A stretch of DNA of 64,000 nt from Mobula birostris (Eukaryota), in contig NC_092383.1 of NCBI RefSeq assembly GCF_030028105.1, forward strand, positions 86,757,921 through 86,821,920, in the 5' to 3' direction. Of the stretch, positions 58,301 through 64,000 are shown one piece after another; the first letter of the stretch is position 1; each line of letters opens with the position of its first letter. Below the pieces are notes generated by a model that was given only the letters and a program-made list of their open reading frames with translations, was not told the DNA's origin and made no database searches. Made by a program: the position numbers and the translations under genes.

Positions 58301-58661
58301 TTTCCTTCCACCCTATTTTCCTGCCTTCTCCCAGTAACCTTTCACACCCTCACCTTTCACATTCAACAGACATAAAATAGATCTTGGAATTTATTTATCA
58401 TTTCAGGAACTGGTCATGATGGAAGAAAACATCGTTTATGCAGATCTACACCATGTTCGAAGCAATGAGGCAGCTGCCCAGTTGGCTAACAGTGAAAATG
58501 GAAATGTGTATGCCAACGTGAAATTTAAAAGAAAATCAAGAGCAGTGCACTCCTTTACTGATGAGGACAGTGTCACCTACGCAGATATCAAATTTCAGAG
58601 CCAACCCGCAAAGCCCAAACGGAAAACTTCCTCTCCTCGTACTCCACAGGACTTGGAATAA
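28268..58661 (+). CDS. Gene B: CD300/pIgR/MDIR-like inhibitory Ig receptor, L-V-C2-V-C2-stalk-TM-cyt, 598 aa; exons 28268-28307, 30481-30801, 30921-31241, 40208-40528, 46680-47000, 52747-52825, 53513-53604, 56468-56514, 58407-58661
   Basis: The exons sum to 1797 nt (599 codons including stop) with no internal stop and canonical GT/AG at all 8 introns. No leader, TM or terminal exon was found between 31241 and 40208, which argues for one 4-domain gene rather than two genes. Confidence 0.8.
29320..30060. repeat. Unclassified interspersed repeat in gene B intron 1
   Basis: Begins with the caataggtacatttaatgtcagagaaatg head and has low-complexity interior; no convincing ORF; family not identifiable by eye. 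Confidence 0.35.
30195..30335 (-). mobile_element. Old DeuSINE/SacSINE-like fragment ~150 nt upstream of the V1 acceptor
   Basis: ctccctcagtactacactgg...ctctggagtgggaagtgaacccacaa resembles the reverse complement of the tRNA-like head of this SINE family (recalled, not aligned). Confidence 0.45.
30481..30801 (+). CDS. Gene B exon V1
   Basis: ccctcag|TTTCAGGT... GAA G|gtaggt; 321 nt; TIDCHY, KYWCHGWTHQC, DTGWYSC. Confidence 0.93.
30921..31241 (+). CDS. Gene B exon C2a
   Basis: cttcccacag|AA CCT GTT... ATC A|gtaagt; 321 nt; only a 119-nt intron separates it from V1; SCES, QYSWY, YYCSALN. Confidence 0.92.
31600..36180 (+). mobile_element. Old CR1 fragment (~31600-31940 and ~35582-36180) interrupted by a younger CR1
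   Basis: RT text '...YLKVHD' before 31940 resumes as '...GEILP..LEFFEEIT' after 35582. Confidence 0.65.
31940..35581 (+). mobile_element. Near-full-length CR1: ORF1 esterase (SGNH) part plus ORF2 endonuclease-RT, disrupted
   Basis: ORF 31972..32523 (GDSI, HIGTND, DGLHL: SGNH hydrolase typical of CR1 ORF1); APE motifs VNARSI, GITETWL, MGDFN; RT pieces 33476..35379; (ttctatgt)n tail. Confidence 0.93.
37583..38372 (+). mobile_element. tRNA-derived SINE split by a CR1 3' fragment (37657-38138) with a ctgagg target-site duplication
   Basis: A/B-box head gtggccaagtggttaagg...gagttcgagcccc; ctgagg at 37651-37656 and 38139-38144; the SINE body resumes with caacgtgttgtgtccttgagcaaggc. Confidence 0.75.
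38375..39525 (+). mobile_element. CR1 3' half (different subfamily)
   Basis: ORFs 38381..38689 and 38693..39466 (FADDTK, HLEYCVQFW, FFTQRVV). Confidence 0.9.
40208..40528 (+). CDS. Gene B exon V2
   Basis: ccctcag|TTTCAGGT... GAT G|gtaggt; 321 nt, open; TIDCHY, KMLC-x6-C, DTGHYRC. Confidence 0.9.
41057..43242 (-). mobile_element. Internally deleted Gypsy LTR element (gag + CCHC knuckle + protease; RT/RNase H and most of integrase missing)
   Basis: LTRs 41057-41258 and 43044-43242 (TG...CA; ~90% alike by eye); PBS tgctgtcagaagtggg (tRNA-Leu-like) inside the 5' LTR; PPT ttaaaggaaaggagga; flanks tccat/cccat; gag ORF 42319..42726; LDTGA protease in ORF 41786..42172. Confidence 0.9.
44714..46035 (-). 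mobile_element. CR1 3' half, minus strand (adjacent CR1 fragments at ~43330-43760 and ~44060-44710)
   Basis: ORF 45021..45926 (LDFQKAFD, GVPQG, FADDTK). Confidence 0.9.
46680..47000 (+). CDS. Gene B exon C2b
   Basis: ttttccacag|AA CCC ATG... ATG A|gtaagt; 321 nt; SCES, QYSWYEK, YYCKASN. Confidence 0.92.
49030..49632. mobile_element. Palindromic mariner-type MITE inserted at TA inside a CR1 remnant
   Basis: TA|cgaggggtgattgataagtt ... aacttatcaatcatccctca|TA; ~280-bp arms are reverse complements; flanks rejoin as the CR1 text aagggtgagcTAtttaagactgag. Confidence 0.85.
49760..50955 (+). mobile_element. RTE-clade LINE 3' part
   Basis: GVRQGCVLAP, LQYADD, LQWLGHVIRM, C-terminal CPTCNRAC...H zinc motif; (gaa)n tail. 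Confidence 0.88.
52747..52825 (+). CDS. Gene B stalk exon, Thr-rich (RPIDFCENTVTESTTTTQGEESKSDK)
   Basis: gattttcctttaacag|GG... AAA AT|gtaaag; phase 1->2, the same phase pattern as the gene A stalk; shares a C-E-x-x-T-T pattern with it. Confidence 0.78.
53513..53604 (+). CDS. Gene B TM exon, uncharged (MPTYIIVLSVIGILLILLVICLLCYLKRKSK)
   Basis: ttctttaccacag|G CCC... AAG G|gtaggt; strongly hydrophobic helix followed by a basic stop-transfer segment KRKSK. Confidence 0.88.
56468..56514 (+). CDS. Gene B cytoplasmic exon 1 (ESKHNTSHGEGNNGTQ)
   Basis: gtattttccag|AA... CAG|gtacag; phase 1->0 bridges the TM exon to the terminal exon; the donor is only moderately strong. Confidence 0.6.
58407..58661 (+). 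CDS. Gene B terminal exon with ITIM/ITIM-like motifs IVYADL, NVYANV, VTYADI
   Basis: ttatcatttcag|GAA CTG GTC ATG...; TAA at 58659-58661; matches ORF 58416..58661. Confidence 0.88.
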   Translation, partial: ELVMMEENIVYADLHHVRSNEAAAQLANSENGNVYANVKFKRKSRAVHSFTDEDSVTYADIKFQSQPAKPKRKTSSPRTPQDLE

Positions 58662-60519
58662 GCTTGATAAAGTAACTATGTGAATGAATTAAGGCAGAAG
58701 AGTTGCGCTCAGAGGCCACCTTATTAGGTACACCTGTTGATGCTTGTTAATGAAAATATCTAATCAGCCAATCATGTAGCAGCAACTAGATGCATAAAAG
58801 TACGTATGTCAGTGTGCTCTGCATTGAAAAGTGTTCTTCTGCACACCACTGTTGTAACACATGTTTATTTAAATTACTGTCACCTTCCTGTCAGCTTGAA
58901 CCAGTCTGGCCATTGTCCTCTATAAGACCTCTTTATTTAATCTTTCTTCTGGTTCTTCTGGGAGTCAGGAAGGATGTGCATCTTAATTCTAATGATTGTT
59001 TATTTTAAACTACAAACAAACAGACAAATACAAAGCAAACTAAATTAAGAGCTGAGTAACAAAGTAAGAGGTAAATGAACAGCAAAGAATACAAAGGCAA
59101 AAAGATGGCACCTCTGAAAAATCCATTACTTTTATAGCTAAGTAGAATTCCTTATAGAGAAAAAATGGCTTAATACAATACATAATTGAAACAATTACCT
59201 CACGTGGGTAATGTGCTAATATTTACCCAGTGAAAAATGAGAAAGATGATAAACCATGAGTTTAACTGCTATACCGCTTTCTGCCAATGAGTGGGGACAA
59301 ACCAGCACATATGGTGAAAAATACCTAAGTTTTTTAAAAAGTACAGATCTTATAGAAAGTATTACTTTAAAAATGCAGTGGTTTCCAACACCTCTGACCT
59401 CTCTCAGTAACAAGGCATTTGCACGCATAGAACTGCCACTCACTGGATCTTTTTTTTGTTAATCGCTTATGTCACATTTCTTCTCCATTCCAATGTTTGG
59501 TCTGAACAACAACTGAACCACTTGACCAGATCTGCATGCTTTTATGCATCGCATTGCTACCACATGATTGGCTGATTAGGAATTTGCGTTATGAGCAGGT
59601 GAACAGGTGTACCCAATCGAGTGGCCACTGAGTGTAACTCTTTTGCTTTAATCTATCCACATAATTACTTTGTCAAGCTTTTTTCTGAGCTGCTTCTTCC
59701 ACCCAGGCCCCTTTCTAGCTCCTCTTCATCAGCAAGTATGAACTATTGGAAATGAGGGTCTGAGTCTAGATCTCTCTGTGTTACTGCCCGTTCAGCTGCT
59801 GGCATTTTGGGCACCAATGAATGTCCTCCATCTCTGGTGGTGTTCAGGGCTTCCTTCATCATGTCAGTAGCTTCCTCTCAGTTTTCACTCTTGGTAACTG
59901 GGCAAATCCCAGGTTGAGAATCAGCAATACCATCTCACTCAGATGCAGAAGGACTCTTCATTGCTGTTTCTATAAAGTTTTGTTTTACCTGTCAGGGTTG
60001 TTAGCCCTGAGCTAAAACCCCAAACCTGGAGGACCGGTGGACCACTCTTAGTCTGGCCTCTACACTTTGACCTGATTGGCAAGGATAACCCTACCAAGAG
60101 ACAAAGCATAGCTCTCTGGGTCACTGAGGCACACAAGCCTCCAAACCTTGACAAGGTTGTGGTCCTCTTGGAGGCTAGATCACCTCTACAAATGTCAAAA
60201 TGCCCTTGCTCCTCTTTCTGAGTTCTACAATATTCACTCAAGACACACCCTCCTCAGTCATAACTTTTTTCACCTATTTAAATGCTAACAAAGTGATTAT
60301 CATGTTCCAATTATGCAGAGCCCTGGTAAGTCTGCATCTGGACCATTTTGTGTTTCTTTCCACCTGAGGAAGGATACAGTTACAATGGATTGAGTACAGC
60401 AAACTTTTCCCAGAAGGATTCTTCGGATTTTGAGTTTGTTATATAATGAGAGATTGCTGTATGAGACTGACTGGAAATCTACTCTCTCACCTTTTGAGGC
60501 AAATTCAGCGAAACAAAGA

Positions 60520-61700
60520 ATATAGAATGCAGATCATATCAAGGTATAACACAGGGGAAGGCCCTTTGGCTCATCCTGTCTGTGCTGACCATTATTCCAG
60601 TCCAACTAATTCCATCTGTCTGCACGTTCTTACCTGTCCATGTGTCTGTTTAAATACCTTTTCAATGTTGCTATTGTATCTGCTTCCACCACATCTCTTT
60701 GTAGACAATTCCAGGCACTATTTATACTCCCTGTGTATTAAAAAAAATGTCTCTCACATCCCTTTCAAAGTTTCTACTGTACACCTTAAATGTGGGTCCT
60801 TTGGTATTTTACACTTCTACCCTGGAAGCTATGACTATCTCCCCTGTCTATGCCTTTAGTAATTTCACACCTTTCCAATAGCTCGCCCCTCAGGCTCTGA
60901 CACTCCAACTTGTCTAAGCTCTCCATATAGCTATTACACTCTAATCCAGGCGAAACCATGGTCAACCTCTACTGTACAGATATCTCCGAAGCCTCCACAT
61001 TCTTTCTATAGCATGAAGACCGAAACTACAGTCAATTACTCTAAGTATTGCCAAAGTTTTACACAGTTGCAACATGACTTGCCAACTTTCATACTCAATG
61101 CTGGCAAGCATGTCATACACTGCCTTTACTGGCCTGTTCACTTGCATTTTTACTTTCGGGAGCTGTGGACTTGCATGTCACAATCTCATTGTAGATCAGT
61201 GCTCCACAGCGTCCTGCCAGTAACTATATAATTTTGTCTTGCATTTGACCTCTCAAAATGCAACACCTCATGCTTGCGTGATTTGAAGTCTATATGTCTT
61301 TTCTCTGTCCCAATTCCCAGCTGATCTATATCTTGCTGTATCCTTCGACCACATTCTTCACTATCCACAGATCCTACAATTTTATTTTGTCTACAAAATT
61401 ACCTATATTTTCATGCAAATCATTTATATCTATTACAAGCAACAGAGATCCAAGCACTGAACCTTACCGAGTTCCACTGGTCACAGGCCTCCAGTCAGAT
61501 AATCATCCCTCCACCATGGCCTTAGTTGTCTGTCAACATACCAACTTTGTTTCTAACTTACAAACTCACTATGGATCCTGTGTTACTTGATTTTTTGGAC
61601 CAGCATAATATGAAGGACCATGTCAAAAGATTTACAACAGACCATGTGTAAAACATCTACTACATTCCCCTTATCAGTCATTTTCTTCACTGCTGTGTAT
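60520..61700 (-). mobile_element. Old CR1 fragment, minus strand
   Basis: ORFs 60962..61147 and 61186..61368 ('IQQDIDQLG', 'MLQLCKTL'). Confidence 0.7.
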
Positions 61701-62879
61701 TATCCAGGAGTTATAAAATTATAGAGATAATTGGTATTAATTAAAAATGGGAGCAAAGCTTCCTGAAGTACAATGTAATCCACTGATTGTCAAAGAGTTT
61801 TGAAACCAATCACTGAGTGTGAGACATTCTGATTCTAAAGCAACATACACAGAAGGCTGGAGGAACAGGCAGGATCCACGGGAGTGAATGAACAGTCGAT
61901 GTTTGGGTCCGAGATTCTTCATCAGGAGTGGAAAGGAAGGGTAAAGATGCCAGAATAAAAAGGAGGAGGCGGGAAAGGAGGATAGCTGGAAGGTGAAACC
62001 AGGTGAGTTTGAAAGATAAAGGCTGGAGAAGAAGGGCTGGACTCTGATAGAAGAGGAGAGTGGACCATAGGAGAAAGGGAAGATGGAGGGGTTCCAGGGG
62101 AGGTAGAGGCAGTTAAGAAAAGGTAAGAGGCCAGGGTGGGGAATTAAAGAAGAGTGAAGGGGGAAGGACTTTTATTTAACAGGATGGAGTAACCAATATT
62201 CATGCCATTAGGTTAGAGGTTAACCAGATGAAATATAAGGTGTTGCTCCTTCACCCTGAGGGTGGCCTCGTCTGATTCTATACCACCCCAGTGTGAGACA
62301 ATAGAAGAATGGTGATATTAAATTGCACTTAATCAAGCCTTCAGGATAAAATCAGGGGAACCATTAAGTGGCCGTCTCCTGAATTAATACAGTATTAAAG
62401 GCCTTTGTATAGTCACGGGGTCATTGCTCAACTTTGCAATAAAAGATATACATTTTGGGTGCCTGGTGCTTATGCTGAGAGGACCAGCCACAAGTCTATT
62501 AAAATTCAGATATGCTGTTCATTTGGGATGTCCATCCATTATAAATATGCGATTCTGCAAAAGCTGCCAGTCTATTTTTAAAAATTAAAGTTAAGGGTTA
62601 AGTAATAATAGCTATTAAATTGCATTTATTCACTGTTTGTTGTCTTTTTATTTACAAGGTATAAAGCATCACTGTACTGATGCTTGCAGAGAGCAGAAAT
62701 AGACTCTCTCGATCTGCTGTGTTGAATAAAGTTCTTCTGTATCTCACATGTTCGGTGTTCATGTGGCTCAGTTCAGCACTCACAACAATCTCGTAGAGTT
62801 ACAGAGCAATACAGCATGGATAAAGGCCTTTCGGCCCAGACTGTCCATGCTGACTGCAGTGCCCACCCCAGCTGCTCCC

Positions 62880-63650
62880 AGTTCAGGTAGGAGAAGTCTA
62901 GTGAACACACACCAGTGCACAGTGAGGGATCAGCAGTGAAAAGGGTGAGCAGTTTCAAGTTCCTCAGTGCCAACATCTCTGAATATCTATCCTGGGCCCA
63001 ACATATTGATGCAATTACAATGGAGGCATAATGGCGGCATATTTCATCGGAAGTTTGAGGAGACTTGGTATGTCGTCAGTGATACTCACAGATTTCAACA
63101 GATGTACGGTGGAGAGCATTCTAACTGAATCCATCATTGTCTGGCATGGAGGGGTAATTGTACAGTAAAATCTGCAGAAAGTTTAAACTCAGCCAATTCC
63201 ATCGTGGGCACTATCTTCCCACAATCAAAGACACTTTCAAAAGGTAATGCCTCAAAAAGACAGTATACATCATTGAGGACCCTCTTTACATAGGGCATGC
63301 CCTCTCCTCATTGCTACCATCAAGGAGAATGTACTCAAGCCTTAAATCAAACACTCATTGTTTCAGGAACAGCTTCAAACCCTCAACCAGCAGATTGGTG
63401 AATGGACAGTGAACCCATGAACACTATAACACTACTTTTTCCTCCTTTATGCATTTAATTTAATTATTTTTCACACTTTCACAATACTTTCTGTAAATTT
63501 CAGTGTTTTAATAATTAATACACTGAAACTTGCAATAGGTATATATATATATATATAGTAATTTACAGTGTTTTATTATTATGTCTATCAATGAAACTCT
63601 GATGTGACCCATCAAATTTCACGACATAGGGCAGTGATATTAAACCGGAT
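62880..63650 (+). mobile_element. Rex1/Babar-like LINE 3' fragment
   Basis: 'SSFKFL', 'FNRCTVESIL', 'KDTFKR*CLKK' motifs, followed by an AT-rich 3' tail. Confidence 0.65.
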
Positions 63651-64000
63651 TCTGATTCTCATTTCCTGCATTCAGCCCACATCTCTCTGAGCCCTGCCAC
63701 TTCATGTACCTATCCATGTGCTTCTTAAATGGGTACGTTTGTACCTGCCTTATCACTTCCTCTGGAAGACTCTGCAACTCAAACTTCTGCTGCCTTGCAG
63801 TAATACCCACTCATGGGTAAGGCTTGGGGAGTATCTGGAGCTGGAGTCCCTATTCCAGTCCGACATTGAGTTCAATGCTGAATGGCAACTCCTGTGATGC
63901 TGCTGGTGCCAAACTGTATTTATATCTGCCATTCCTTTGGAATCATTGGCTGTGTGAAGAAGGCGAGCCTGCTACATGGGCAACAGCTTACACTCTATAT

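Overview
Vertebrate genomic DNA, almost certainly from a cartilaginous fish (probably a ray or skate), judged from HE1/V-SINE-type SINEs, elasmobranch-style CR1 LINEs and Penelope-like elements; there are no prokaryotic features. A large fraction of the window is transposon debris (CR1, Rex1/Babar-like, RTE, Penelope, Gypsy LTR, Tc1/mariner MITEs, SINEs). Threaded through it on the + strand is a tandem pair of immunoglobulin-superfamily receptor genes of the CD300/pIgR/TREM-like type, resembling the skate MDIR family. Gene A (5'-incomplete, exons at 7586-13051) encodes V-C2-stalk-TM with an Arg in the TM and a short tyrosine-free tail, i.e. an activating type. Gene B (28268-58661, 9 coding exons, 598 aa) encodes leader-V-C2-V-C2-stalk-neutral TM-tail with three tyrosine motifs, i.e. 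an inhibitory type. I assembled both gene models by hand from GT/AG sites, and every junction is phase-compatible. Between the genes is an old duplicate of gene B's upstream/promoter block (~14.1-18.6 kb) whose still-intact leader exon has been flipped onto the - strand by a ~330 bp inversion. All similarity statements are by-eye alignments, not computed searches.
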